Notes: generated from the letters alone by a model not told the origin. A stretch of 32,000 nt of DNA from Opitutales bacterium (GCA_965219535.1 CBDCNV010000001.1:750001-782000); one strand, 5' to 3'. Counted from the stretch's first letter, positions 8,726 to 18,039 are shown. Made by a program: numbers and translations.

Positions 8726-8775
8726 CAATTTGTTAAAGAGTAGATGATATTTAAATTCTAAATTTGACCTCTTTT
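8726..8775 (+). repeat. Related copy of the 6562-6610 intergenic element
   Basis: caatttgttaa-N12-atttaaattctaaatttgacctctttt aligns with caatttgttaa-N11-atttaaattctacgtttgacccctttt at 6562-6610, same orientation. It ends 40 nt upstream of the 8815 start codon. A weaker partial copy lies at 8651-8680, sharing aaaagtgaca followed by a tttaa(a)tt-like stretch. Confidence 0.75.
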
Positions 8776-8814
8776 CCATCGCTTATGAACTTATGATTAA
8801 AATTATTTGAACCC

Positions 8815-9225
8815 ATGAATAAAAAAATTATTATAGGTATTTTATTTTTCGTTATCGTTGTTGTCGTAGCCTTGCTCCTCTTGCCTTCGAATGAGACAAG
8901 TCAGGAAACGGGTAGTGTAGAAAATATTTTTGATTTTTATGGCAAAGTAACGGATCAAGAGGGTAATCCTGTAAGCGATGTCAGTATCAAAATTTTAAAT
9001 ATTAATACACCTTCAGATAGTGGTACGATTCAAGAGGCACAAAGTGACAATGCCGGACTATTTTCATTTAAAGGTAATGGTTCCGGTATCGGCGTTGAAG
9101 TATCAAAAGTGGGGTACGCGGTGACTGATCAATCAAAAGGTAATTTTCGCTATGTAATAAATGGTTCAGGGGGCTTGCTGACAAAAGAAAATCCTGCGAT
9201 TTTTATGTTACGGAGTGATGAATGA
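8815..9225 (+). CDS. Small membrane-anchored protein with a carboxypeptidase-regulatory-like (CarboxypepD_reg) beta-sandwich
   Basis: 136 aa with an N-terminal anchor (IIIGILFFVIVVVVALLLL). 'FYGKVTDQEGNPVSDVSIKILN' is the typical first strand of CarboxypepD_reg domains. Confidence 0.6.
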   Translation: MNKKIIIGILFFVIVVVVALLLLPSNETSQETGSVENIFDFYGKVTDQEGNPVSDVSIKILNINTPSDSGTIQEAQSDNAGLFSFKGNGSGIGVEVSKVGYAVTDQSKGNFRYVINGSGGLLTKENPAIFMLRSDE

Positions 9226-9279
9226 TCATTACTGATCCGATCCCTTTTTCACTTATTTATCTTTGTAATAGTGGGAATA

Positions 9280-10605
9280 ATGCATAGTGAAACGCATACA
9301 CTGCGCGACAGGTTTCTCTTGCTCGAAAGTGGCGTTGTTGAAAGCACGGAGAACGCAGTGCTCACCGTTGGGTCGGTGGAGAAACACGAGAACAACCCGC
9401 TATTTGGCGAGGACAAACCCTGGGAGAAACGTTTTGATAATCTCTACGGCAACGTGATTTATGACCGTGAAGAAGGGCTCTACAAATGCTGGTACAGCCC
9501 TTTTATCGTCGATCTCTCCGCCCGAGGCATGTCGGCTGAAGAACGCAAGAGTCACTATCCTATACCCAAGAACAGAGAGATGGGGATCTGTTACGCGACA
9601 TCGAAAGATGGGATCTCCTGGCAGAAACCCGATTTTGGGCTGGTCGACTACAAGGGCAGTAAGGAGAACAATATCATCTGGCGTGGTCCTCATGGAGTCG
9701 GCATATTTAAAGATCACATCGATCCCGACCCCGCGCGCCGCTACAAGGCCATTTATTCTGGTTTGTTAGTCAGCGTTTCCGCCGACGGTATTCACTGGGG
9801 AGAACCCACGGCTTGCGAGGGAGTTGACGTAGCGGGAGACACGCACAATAACGCCTTCTTCGCACCGACGCTTGGGAAGTATGTCGGTATTACCCGAACA
9901 TGGGAAGAGTCAGTGGGCCGGCAGGTGGCGAGGATTGAAAGCGAGGACTTTGTCCAATGGACGAAGGAAGAGGTGGTCCTTGAGGGAGAGAGCAAGAACC
10001 TCCAGCCTTACGCGATGCCGGTTTTCTTTCATGCCGGTGTTTATCTTGGCCTCGTCGCGATTCACGATCAGAGCTCCGATCGGGTATGGACTGAACTGGC
10101 CTGGAGTCCGGACACAAAGACATGGCACCGACTTTCACCCGGGACACCTTTTATCCCTGTCTCAGAAAAAGAGATGGACTATGACTGGGGCTGTGTCTAC
10201 GCGGCCGCCTGTCCCGTTTTTCTGGAAGATGAGATTCGACTCTACTACGGGGGCAGCGACGGTCTGCATTTTGGCTGGCGCAACGGTTTCCTCTGCCTGG
10301 CCACGCTGCGGCCGGATGGTTTTGCGGGCTATGAGCAGGAAACCAATGACCTGCCGGCGATAATAACCACGGCCCCTATTGATTACATGGGCCAGACAAT
10401 CCAGATTACCGCCGACGTTGAGAAGGGTGGGGCTATCAAGGTGATCGTTTTAGATGGAGAGGGAAAACAGATTTCCCTAGCCGAAGTAAACTCAACGGTC
10501 ACCGATAGCCCACTGCAGCTAAACATGAATATTAAAGAGGATAAAATTCAGCTCAAGTTCGAGCTGAACAAGGCAAAACTCTTTTCGTTCAGTTTCGGTA
10601 ACTAG
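9280..10605 (+). CDS. Cytoplasmic beta-propeller glycoside-hydrolase-like protein (GH32/43/130-type fold, uncharacterised)
   Basis: The ORF opens at GTG 9271; ATG 9280 is more likely. No signal peptide. Recurring blade-like segments ('GLYKCWYSPF', 'ICYATSKDGISWQKP', 'ARIESEDFVQWTKEEVVL', 'IRLYYGGSDG') are typical of 5-bladed propeller glycosidases or phosphorylases. The family is not resolved. Confidence 0.5.
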   Translation: MHSETHTLRDRFLLLESGVVESTENAVLTVGSVEKHENNPLFGEDKPWEKRFDNLYGNVIYDREEGLYKCWYSPFIVDLSARGMSAEERKSHYPIPKNREMGICYATSKDGISWQKPDFGLVDYKGSKENNIIWRGPHGVGIFKDHIDPDPARRYKAIYSGLLVSVSADGIHWGEPTACEGVDVAGDTHNNAFFAPTLGKYVGITRTWEESVGRQVARIESEDFVQWTKEEVVLEGESKNLQPYAMPVFFHAGVYLGLVAIHDQSSDRVWTELAWSPDTKTWHRLSPGTPFIPVSEKEMDYDWGCVYAAACPVFLEDEIRLYYGGSDGLHFGWRNGFLCLATLRPDGFAGYEQETNDLPAIITTAPIDYMGQTIQITADVEKGGAIKVIVLDGEGKQISLAEVNSTVTDSPLQLNMNIKEDKIQLKFELNKAKLFSFSFGN

Positions 10606-10784
10606 AGCGGGTGATAAACCGCGGCGATCGGACCGCGCTGCGACGCGTTTAAAGTTAAGACCCAAGGATAATTTCATAAGTGGTCACTCCTTGAATTTTG
10701 ACATTCGCATTTAAGTCCGTATTCACTCGAAAGCATGGCAACAGGTAGAAAAGGTGAACAAGCTGTGCATAAGCTTAACGGGCA

Positions 10785-13013
10785 ATGTCAGGAATGACCC
10801 CTTTCACCGCATTCATATTGCGCTTTCGAGTAATCGCACTCTTATGCCTCTCGCTGGCATTACAGCGCAGTGTCTATTCAGATGATTCCGGGAGCGAACT
10901 CAATGACGTCACCCCTATCGAAGATAATTATTTAGGGAAAGGTGATTATGGAGTTACTATGGTAAGAACCGAGAATCCACCTACCATCGATGGGAATCTC
11001 AATGATGAGAGCTGGTCCACGGCACCGGTCATTTCCAATTTTACCCAGGTCCAACCCGATGAAGGTTCTCCTCCAAGTGAGAAGACAGAAGTCCTTCTCC
11101 TCTATAGCTCAGATTATATCTATGTGGGTATTCGCGCCTTTGATTCGCAGCCGGACAATATCACCGCCCGGATTATGCAAAGGGATGGTTCGATGCGTTT
11201 TGAGGACTCGGTACGTATGACCTTTGATACTTTCCATGACTTTCGTAATGCTTATTATTTTGAAATTAACGCATTGGGCGCTTTGAGAGACGCGCTTATA
11301 CGTTCCGGCAAAAACCCAAACTATAATTGGGACGGTATCTGGGATGGCAAAGCGGTCATGGACGAAAACGGCTGGTCCGCAGAACTGATCATTCCGACAA
11401 AAACACTTTCATTCGATCCCCAGGGAAAAAACTGGGGGTTCAATGTCGAAAGATCCATCCAGCGTAATAGAGAGCGGGTTCGCTGGTCCGCTCCCTATCG
11501 CAACAAATCGATTAATGAATTGGGAAGCTCCGGGGTCTTAACCGCTATTACGGGACTACAACAAGGCATGGGTCTGGACTTTGTTCCATACGTGAACCTG
11601 AAAGCCACGCGCGACCAGGTTTTGAATAAGAGTGATTTCGATTTCAAACCGGGGTTTGACCTGTTTTATAATATCACACCGGCGATTACCGCGGCGCTGA
11701 CCGTGAATACTGATTTTGCCGAAGCTGAAGTGGACGACCGCCGCGTTAACCTGTCACGTTTTGAACTCTTTTTCCCGGAAAAACGAAAATTCTTTCTTCA
11801 GGATGCCGAGATATTCAGATTCGCCGGTCTCAGGCGATCCCCGGTCCCTTTTTTCTCGCGGCGCATCGGACTGGATGCCGATAACCAGCCGATCGATATC
11901 CGGGGGGGGATAAAAGTGACGGGACGGATGCGCCGTATAAATTTTGGTATTCTCGATGTTCAGGTAGATGACACTAGCAGCATTGAATCAAAAAATCTGG
12001 CGGTGGCCCGCGCCACGGTAAACGTTCTTGGAGAATCACAAGTGGGCATGATCTATACTAACGGAGATCCACAGACCAATGATGATAACAGCCTGATCGG
12101 CGCGGATTTTACTTATCGGAACTCAAATTTTTTGGGTCATAACAATGTATTTGAAACTAATCTATTTGTTCAAAAATCTTCAACCACGGGTATTTCAGAT
12201 AATCAAGGTTCGATCGGTGGGTCCGTGCGGTATCCGAATGACAAATTCTCGCTCGCTTTATTTATCGAGATAATGGACGAAAACTACAAACCCGCACTGG
12301 GTTTTGTCAATGAGTCCGGAGTGAGAGAGTATATTTTATTTTCCCGCTACCGTGTGCGTCCCGAAAAATTAGACAGTATCGATTACAAAATAGACGCGCG
12401 TTACAGATCGAACCTCGATGGTGAAGTTGTCAGGTCCCGATTTAACTTTCCAGATTTTAGAATTACGAATAAAGCCAAAGATTATATTGACGTGAGCGGG
12501 CAATTTCAACGGGAACAGCTTTTTGAGCCATTCGAGATTGTTGACGGAGTGATTATCCCCGTCGGAGATTATAAATTCCAAAAAGTCGAAGTCCGGGTAA
12601 GGACCGCCAGGGAGAGGGCGTTGAGCGGAAATTTTACCCTGACGGCGGGTGAATTTTATGACGGTGAGAGGGTGGAGCTTAGAAGCGAAATTGTCTGGAA
12701 ACCATCCTCTTTATTCAACACCGCTTTTCTGTATGAGTATAACAATGTGGATTTACCGGTGGGAGATTTTGATACCCATGTCGTACAGTTAAACCTGAAT
12801 TTTAATTTCTCTCCTAAATTATATTGGAACATCACTAATCAATATGACAATGTATCTCACAGCTTTGGTATTAACAGCCGCATACGCTGGAATATACAGC
12901 CGGGCAATGACATTTACCTGGTTATTAATCAGGAGGTCGATACCTTCAACGGGCGCTGGCACCCCAGGAAGAGACAACTCAACACAAAAATTAATTGGAT
13001 CCTTCGATTTTAA
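10785..13013 (+). CDS. Outer-membrane protein with an N-terminal CBM9/DOMON-like domain and a C-terminal beta-barrel (DUF5916-type)
   Basis: 742 aa with a signal peptide. 'IDGNLNDESWSTAPVISNFTQVQPDEGSPPSEKTEVLLLYSSDYIYVGIRAFD' is the characteristic CBM9-like opening. The C-terminal part has alternating amphipathic strands and ends '...NTKINWILRF' (terminal Phe, OMP-like). Confidence 0.7.
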   Translation: MSGMTPFTAFILRFRVIALLCLSLALQRSVYSDDSGSELNDVTPIEDNYLGKGDYGVTMVRTENPPTIDGNLNDESWSTAPVISNFTQVQPDEGSPPSEKTEVLLLYSSDYIYVGIRAFDSQPDNITARIMQRDGSMRFEDSVRMTFDTFHDFRNAYYFEINALGALRDALIRSGKNPNYNWDGIWDGKAVMDENGWSAELIIPTKTLSFDPQGKNWGFNVERSIQRNRERVRWSAPYRNKSINELGSSGVLTAITGLQQGMGLDFVPYVNLKATRDQVLNKSDFDFKPGFDLFYNITPAITAALTVNTDFAEAEVDDRRVNLSRFELFFPEKRKFFLQDAEIFRFAGLRRSPVPFFSRRIGLDADNQPIDIRGGIKVTGRMRRINFGILDVQVDDTSSIESKNLAVARATVNVLGESQVGMIYTNGDPQTNDDNSLIGADFTYRNSNFLGHNNVFETNLFVQKSSTTGISDNQGSIGGSVRYPNDKFSLALFIEIMDENYKPALGFVNESGVREYILFSRYRVRPEKLDSIDYKIDARYRSNLDGEVVRSRFNFPDFRITNKAKDYIDVSGQFQREQLFEPFEIVDGVIIPVGDYKFQKVEVRVRTARERALSGNFTLTAGEFYDGERVELRSEIVWKPSSLFNTAFLYEYNNVDLPVGDFDTHVVQLNLNFNFSPKLYWNITNQYDNVSHSFGINSRIRWNIQPGNDIYLVINQEVDTFNGRWHPRKRQLNTKINWILRF

Positions 13014-13158
13014 AGAGGAAGCATCGAGCCGTTCACCGTGGCCAGTTAGTAGAGTCGGTGTCGCCGGAGTGAGTATGTCTTTTTGTGTTAGCGCATACTG
13101 GGTTTGCTGACCTATCGCTATTTCGAAAATTAAATTACAAAATGATCGACATGACCCT

Positions 13159-13524
13159 TTACTTGAGCAGCGAATCAACAGCAGTTGTAATTTCATCTAA
13201 GGAGAATGGTTTCATGATCGAGTACTCCGCGCCCAATTCTTTGGCTGTATCCAGGTATCTTTCAGTCTTCAATTGTCCGCCACCTGATATGGCAATAATT
13301 TTTATTACTGGGTTCTGCTTTTTAGCATGAATGATAACTTCGAATCCATCCATGTCCTCCATGATAATATCGGTAATGATAAGATAAGGCATCAATTCCT
13401 GAAGGATGTTTTTCGCTTCTAACCCACCGGGTGCTACGAATACTTTATACCCTTGGGATTCCAAGGCGTACATCAACATTGACCGGTAGCTCTCATCATC
13501 TTCAACAATGAGGATGGTATTCAT
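13159..13524 (-). CDS. Stand-alone response-regulator receiver domain (CheY-like)
   Basis: 121 aa. 'ILIVEDDESYR' (acidic pocket), 'LIITDIIMEDMDGFEV' (phospho-acceptor Asp), 'IIAISGGG' and 'IMKPFSLDEI' (conserved Lys). There is no output domain and no kinase nearby. Confidence 0.9.
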   Translation of the reverse strand: MNTILIVEDDESYRSMLMYALESQGYKVFVAPGGLEAKNILQELMPYLIITDIIMEDMDGFEVIIHAKKQNPVIKIIAISGGGQLKTERYLDTAKELGAEYSIMKPFSLDEITTAVDSLLK

Positions 13525-13735
13525 TAGTTCGGTGATAAATTGAATCTAAACAAACGAGTGATAGGGGAGCGCTCTTTTATCATTAATTGTAAGCGTCTGA
13601 AATTCCAGTTCTTACTTGCGATAAAAGATAACATAAAGCGCCCCTTTTATTACGCGTTCAAGCGATTATTAATAAAGCATTATCTGAACCAAACCGGTAT
13701 ATGTCAGGGAAATAGCGTTATTTAGATGATAATCA

Positions 13736-13795
13736 TACATTTTTACATTTTTTAATGTTTAAAAATATACATTCTGCCTCTCTTTTTTTTACATT
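13736..13795. repeat. Four direct TACATT hexamers in the receiver/DUF1801 divergent intergenic region
   Basis: TACATT occurs at 13736, 13744, 13768 and 13790. The short palindrome acatt-tttt-aatgt lies at 13745-13758. Function unknown. Confidence 0.35.
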
Positions 13796-13859
13796 CATGC
13801 CCTCGCAATAAGTGTGACTCGCTTAAAAGTTAAGGGCGATCTAATGTCTGGGCACATAA

Positions 13860-14213
13860 ATGAAGAGGAAAGTTAAAAAATATATGGACGCGGCTCCGGT
13901 TAGTCGGAAAGCGAAAATCGAATCGCTGCACGCCTTAATTACGAAGGCTTTCCCCTAAGCAATCGTCGATATGAGATACAAAATGCCGACCTACCATCAC
14001 GGAGACGGATGGGTCGCGATCGCCAACCAGAAAAATTATGTATCGCTATACACTTGCGGCTATCACCATATTGAAAGTTTTAAAGCCAGACATCCGAAGA
14101 TAAAAACGGGGAAGGGGTGTATAAACTTTAAAGACAATGACCCCATGCCATTGAAGGACATTGAAGCAGTCGTAAAGCATGCCATTAATCACCCGAAGGA
14201 CACAAAGTCCTGA
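13860..14213 (+). pseudogene. DUF1801 (YdhG-like) domain protein interrupted by an in-frame TAA at 13956-13958
   Basis: ATG 13860 encodes MKRKVKKYMDAAPVSRKAKIESLHALITKAFP, then TAA, then in the same frame AIVDMRYKMPTYHHGDGWVAIANQKNYVSLY (ORF 13971-14213). Together this reproduces the DUF1801 pattern (yl...p..r..l..Lr.li....P.a.e...YgMPty....v......k.yvsLY). Confidence 0.65.
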
Positions 14214-14242
14214 GAGGGTGTTAATAACGATTGCGGCTATAT

Positions 14243-14989
14243 TTATCTCCTGGACTTCAGTTTGGCGAGCAGTCTGAGAATCTCGATATACAGCCAAATC
14301 AGCGTAACCATTAAACCGAAGGCTGCATACCACTCCATGTATTTGGGTGCACCTTGTTGTGCACCGCTTTCGATAAAGTCGAAATCGAGGACAAGGTTCA
14401 TTGCCGCGACGGCGACGACAAAGAGACTGAACCCGATACCCAGTAATCCGCTGTCATGGATAAAGGGTATCCCGACACCGACAAACCTGAGGATGAAGGA
14501 TAAAAAATAAATGAGCGCGATTCCCCCCGTCGCCGCGATAACGCCAAGCCTGAAATTTTCGGTTACTTTTATCAGCCCTGATTTGTAGGCGGCGAGAAGG
14601 CCGAAGAGGGTACACATCGTCAATCCAACCGCCTGCATGACGATTCCCGGAAACTGCGCTTCAAATACGGCTGAAATCCCCCCGACAAAAAACCCTTCAA
14701 GCACCGAATAGATCGGAGCGGTTATGGGGGCCCACTGTTTTTTAAATACCGTTATGAGGGCAACGATAAAACCGCCAATGGCTCCTCCTATCATCCAGGG
14801 CATTACGACACCAGGAGTACCTGTTGAATAAAACTGGTTCCATATCCAGACGGCGGGCACGATAAGACAGAATAACAATACTGCTGTCTTGTTTACGGTT
14901 CCCTGAATCGTCATCACCTTGTCACCGAGGGCCTCCGATCCTATTCTATCAAAAGTTTTGGCGTTTAATGCGGGATTTGCTGTTCTCAT
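14243..14989 (-). CDS. Bax inhibitor-1/YccA-family integral membrane protein
   Basis: 248 aa. N-terminal 'RTANPALNAKTFDR' is followed by about 7 hydrophobic helices, with a C-terminal 'YIEILRLLAKLKSRR' typical of BI-1/YccA proteins. Confidence 0.8.
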   Translation of the reverse strand: MRTANPALNAKTFDRIGSEALGDKVMTIQGTVNKTAVLLFCLIVPAVWIWNQFYSTGTPGVVMPWMIGGAIGGFIVALITVFKKQWAPITAPIYSVLEGFFVGGISAVFEAQFPGIVMQAVGLTMCTLFGLLAAYKSGLIKVTENFRLGVIAATGGIALIYFLSFILRFVGVGIPFIHDSGLLGIGFSLFVVAVAAMNLVLDFDFIESGAQQGAPKYMEWYAAFGLMVTLIWLYIEILRLLAKLKSRR

Positions 14990-15100
14990 ATTTTAATCCT
15001 TGGACTGAAAATTTAGCTGTTCGATTAGTAAGAGTGTATACTGCTTCATGGGCAGCAACTTAAAAACTCGTTGATTCATTGATGATCGTATTTGCGGATA

Positions 15101-15313
15101 CTATTTTTGGTCGCTCCAGTACGAGGGTGGTGCCGTGGATTCAGTAATAATGTGATCAATAGATTCTTGAGTGAATCCCCACTCGGATGCCCGCTCCCGA
15201 GCTTCATCGAGTGTGATTCGACCATACCACAAGTCGTGTATGAGCAGGGCAGTTTTTTTACTGACCCTGAATGGAGGCGCAGGTATCTTTGATTCACTTT
15301 TAACGTCCCGCAA
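15101..15313 (-). CDS. Hypothetical small protein
   Basis: 70-aa ORF (MRDVKSESKIPAPPFRVSKKTALLIHDLWYGRITLDEARERASEWGF...). It is more protein-like than the overlapping 15076-15297 frame. No recognisable family. Confidence 0.3.
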   Translation of the reverse strand: MRDVKSESKIPAPPFRVSKKTALLIHDLWYGRITLDEARERASEWGFTQESIDHIITESTAPPSYWSDQK

Positions 15314-15521
15314 CCATCAATTTAAGATTCTTTTAATCGACGAATACATCGTTGGATTGTGAGCTGAAGCATTACATCAGAAATCACCGTCGGGTGTTCG
15401 CGCGAACTCTACATGGGCCTACTGATGAATTATCCTTTAATTAAATTTTTTCATAAATTCAAAATATGAAAGATGACACTTTTTTTGACAAAAACTAATT
15501 TTTCATTAATGATTTTAAATA

Positions 15522-16436
15522 GTGCTCACCGAACATCAACAAACCTACTTTGAGACCTTCGGTTTCCTTCCTCTGAGAGGATTATTCAGCCCGCGCGAAG
15601 TTGAAACCTTTAAGGAGGAATTCAAGTTAAAGATGGAAACTACACGGCGCTTTACAGGACCTCAAGACGCCCCTCCTGAAATTGTAAGCTGGACCAACCT
15701 GGGAGCGGAAACCCCTCTCCTCGCGTCCTTGATTGAAGACTCGCGCATCGTGAGCATCGCGGAGCAGCTCCTGGGGGAAGACTGTGTCGGCTTGTCCTGC
15801 AACTCAATCAGCTACGTCAATGATACTGCCTGGCATGGCGATAACTATAACTTTGCGATGCACAGTATAAAATTTCTCTTCTATATGCAACCGGTGAGCG
15901 CGGATAGCGGTGCCTTGCGAGTCATTACCGGTTCGCATAAAAAACTATTTCATGACGAAGTGACCGGATATGGTCTCGCCGGCTATGACGATGCGAAGAA
16001 CCGCCTCGGAACGGAGCGCATTCAAGAGGGCCCAGCTTTTATTTGCGATGTAGAACCGGGTGAGCCCGTTGTCTTTGACTCCCATATCTGGCACGCCAGT
16101 TGTGGCGGGTCGACGGATCGGCGTACCTTTTCCATCACTTATTCCGCTAACCCGAAGACGACGGAAGAAGAAGAGGCTCTGCTCGAATATTTACATATCA
16201 CGAATGAGATCAGGACATCGTTGGCCAAGACTACTTTTGAATCTCCGTCCCCGGAATATCCACTCGAATGGTTGGAAAATCCTGAAAATGATCCCAGGCG
16301 GCAGCGGTGGATAGACTGGCTGCACAAGTGGCAATTTACAGAGATTGCCAAGGGTACATTAACCCCGGACGAAAAAACATTGCAAACTGTCCAGGATTTT
16401 GCCGATCCCTTTCTTGATGCCTCTGCTGACCAATAG
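15522..16436 (+). CDS. PhyH-family Fe(II)/2-oxoglutarate oxygenase (paralogue 2)
   Basis: 304 aa with a GTG start. 'LTEHQQTYFETFGFLPLRGLFS', the H-x-D motif 'TAWHGDNYN', 'VITGSHK' and the distal His 'SHIWHASCG'. Confidence 0.85.
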   Translation: MLTEHQQTYFETFGFLPLRGLFSPREVETFKEEFKLKMETTRRFTGPQDAPPEIVSWTNLGAETPLLASLIEDSRIVSIAEQLLGEDCVGLSCNSISYVNDTAWHGDNYNFAMHSIKFLFYMQPVSADSGALRVITGSHKKLFHDEVTGYGLAGYDDAKNRLGTERIQEGPAFICDVEPGEPVVFDSHIWHASCGGSTDRRTFSITYSANPKTTEEEEALLEYLHITNEIRTSLAKTTFESPSPEYPLEWLENPENDPRRQRWIDWLHKWQFTEIAKGTLTPDEKTLQTVQDFADPFLDASADQ

Positions 16437-16482
16437 ACGGTATTCATGACGGTGTTCTTACTTTAATAGAGGACGCCCGGAC

Positions 16483-16770
16483 CTACCTCCATTCGGGCAC
16501 AGGCTGCATCGCATTGGTTTCTTCAAAACTCAGTTCACGGCAGGAGCCGTCATTGGAAACCAGCCACCATGTCCGTCGCGGGGGTATACCGCCCCAGTCG
16601 TGGCAAAGTTGAACGATCAGAGATTCACCGGTGTCATGGAAGACGGCTGACATTCCCCGGATGAGTTTCCTCTCTAAATAGGAGCATTCGAATGCGTATT
16701 CGGCGGCACGGACCTTGAGTCGTACATCCCACCATTTGTTCCAGTGTTCCTTTAGCCAACGTAAAATCAT
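16483..16770 (-). CDS. Hypothetical protein (Trp-rich, 95 aa)
   Basis: ORF only, with no family recognised. It is convergent with paralogue 2. Confidence 0.35.
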   Translation of the reverse strand: MILRWLKEHWNKWWDVRLKVRAAEYAFECSYLERKLIRGMSAVFHDTGESLIVQLCHDWGGIPPRRTWWLVSNDGSCRELSFEETNAMQPVPEWR

Positions 16771-17076
16771 GACTTTAGTTCGAAGTGATGAAAGTGTTAC
16801 AAGAAAGGGCTGAATAAATGTTTATCAAATGATGATAGCGAATTGTAGGACTTAATGGTTCGCCTTACTGCCAGTACCTTTTTCCGAGCATATTTTTTGT
16901 ATCACGAATTTTGCCAGTTTGTAGTGAACATGTGAATGGAAGGCAAACATGCAACGCCAGTAATGCGCGTCAAATTCACCAAAGATGGGATGGCGTTTCG
17001 TTATAGTTCCCCGTAGCGGTGAAAGACCTGCAGATTGAGATGCAGTTCCGCGGTGACTGGCACCTCGCCTCGCCGG

Positions 17077-17868
17077 TTATCGCTTTACCGTTTCGAGTCT
17101 CGAGGGCAAGTCGGGTGGGGGCTCGCCGACCACGTTTTTTCCGTCGCGGAGGAAAGGTTCCGCGTTACCCCATAGCTTCGTGCCGTCTTGAATAGTGAGC
17201 GGTTCAGCAGTGTACTGTGAGAGATAGGTGCGGCGCATGCGCGGTGTTTTGTTCGGGCCGCTGCGATGAAAGTTCAAACTTGTAAAAACGGCGATGCTGC
17301 CGGCCGGCGCGATTACCGGAACACCGGGATCATCACCGTAGTATCCAATTTTGTCGTTCGAGCCCTCTTCCATGGAATGATGTACCCATGAGCGAATACC
17401 GATGCGCGAGAACGGCATCACCGAGACGGTGCCGTTTTCCTCAGACATGTCGTCGAGGGCGCACCAGCAGGAGAGATAGGGCTTATGATCAGGGTAACCA
17501 ACATACCCGGAATCCTGGTGCCAACCGAATTTCATGCCCTCTTCGGCGCCTTTTACGACATACTGTTCATTGAACAGGTAGGCGTCTTTCCCGAGAGTCG
17601 CTCGGCAGATGTCCGCGATATAGTCGCTGTATAGAAACTCAAACAACTCGGGTTTCCGTTGATAACATTGAGACACAAAATAACGTTTACCCCGATGGGT
17701 AATACCGATCACATCGGTGCCCTCGCGGTCCATCCGGGCGTCCATCTCATCGATGAAATACTGACACAGATCACGCAGCAATTTGAGGTGCGCGTCCGGA
17801 ATGACCGACTCGAGTATCATGTAGCCGTCGTCGCGATATTGCTCGATTTGATTATTTGTGATGTTCAT
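17077..17868 (-). CDS. PhyH-family Fe(II)/2-oxoglutarate oxygenase (paralogue 3)
   Basis: 263 aa. 'NNQIEQYRDDGYMILESVIP', the H-x-D motif 'KFGWHQDSGY' and the distal His 'SLNFHRSGPN'. The gene is visibly more GC-rich than its flanks. Confidence 0.85.
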   Translation of the reverse strand: MNITNNQIEQYRDDGYMILESVIPDAHLKLLRDLCQYFIDEMDARMDREGTDVIGITHRGKRYFVSQCYQRKPELFEFLYSDYIADICRATLGKDAYLFNEQYVVKGAEEGMKFGWHQDSGYVGYPDHKPYLSCWCALDDMSEENGTVSVMPFSRIGIRSWVHHSMEEGSNDKIGYYGDDPGVPVIAPAGSIAVFTSLNFHRSGPNKTPRMRRTYLSQYTAEPLTIQDGTKLWGNAEPFLRDGKNVVGEPPPDLPSRLETVKR

Positions 17869-18039
17869 AGTAAATATTCAAGTTGGTCTAATCTTTTTTC
17901 AGAACGATCCGCAAGCTGAATATTTAAGAGTCGCTTTTTATCCTGCTCCCTGAATTCACAGGACTGGCAACTGGAGAGTTGAAGTATGACTCAGGTATTC
18001 CTAATGTGGGCCTGAAAGAGAGATCACCCTCTTTCAACG

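Noticed and set aside
13956-13958. TAA stop-codon reassignment or recoding
   Set aside because: TAA is used as the normal terminator by several clearly complete genes in the window (for example at 8562-8564 and 1649-1651), so a genome-wide reassignment is implausible.
15076-15297. 73-aa minus-strand ORF overlapping the 15101-15313 ORF
   Set aside because: The two are mutually exclusive frames on the same strand. This one is Ser/His/Pro/Gly-rich and less protein-like. Neither is strongly supported, so only the other is listed, at low confidence.
17058-17075. Sigma-54-like TGGCAC box (tggcacctcgcctcgc)
   Set aside because: The downstream element is CTCGC rather than TTGC(A/T). The orientation would also drive antisense transcription into the PhyH paralogue 3 gene.
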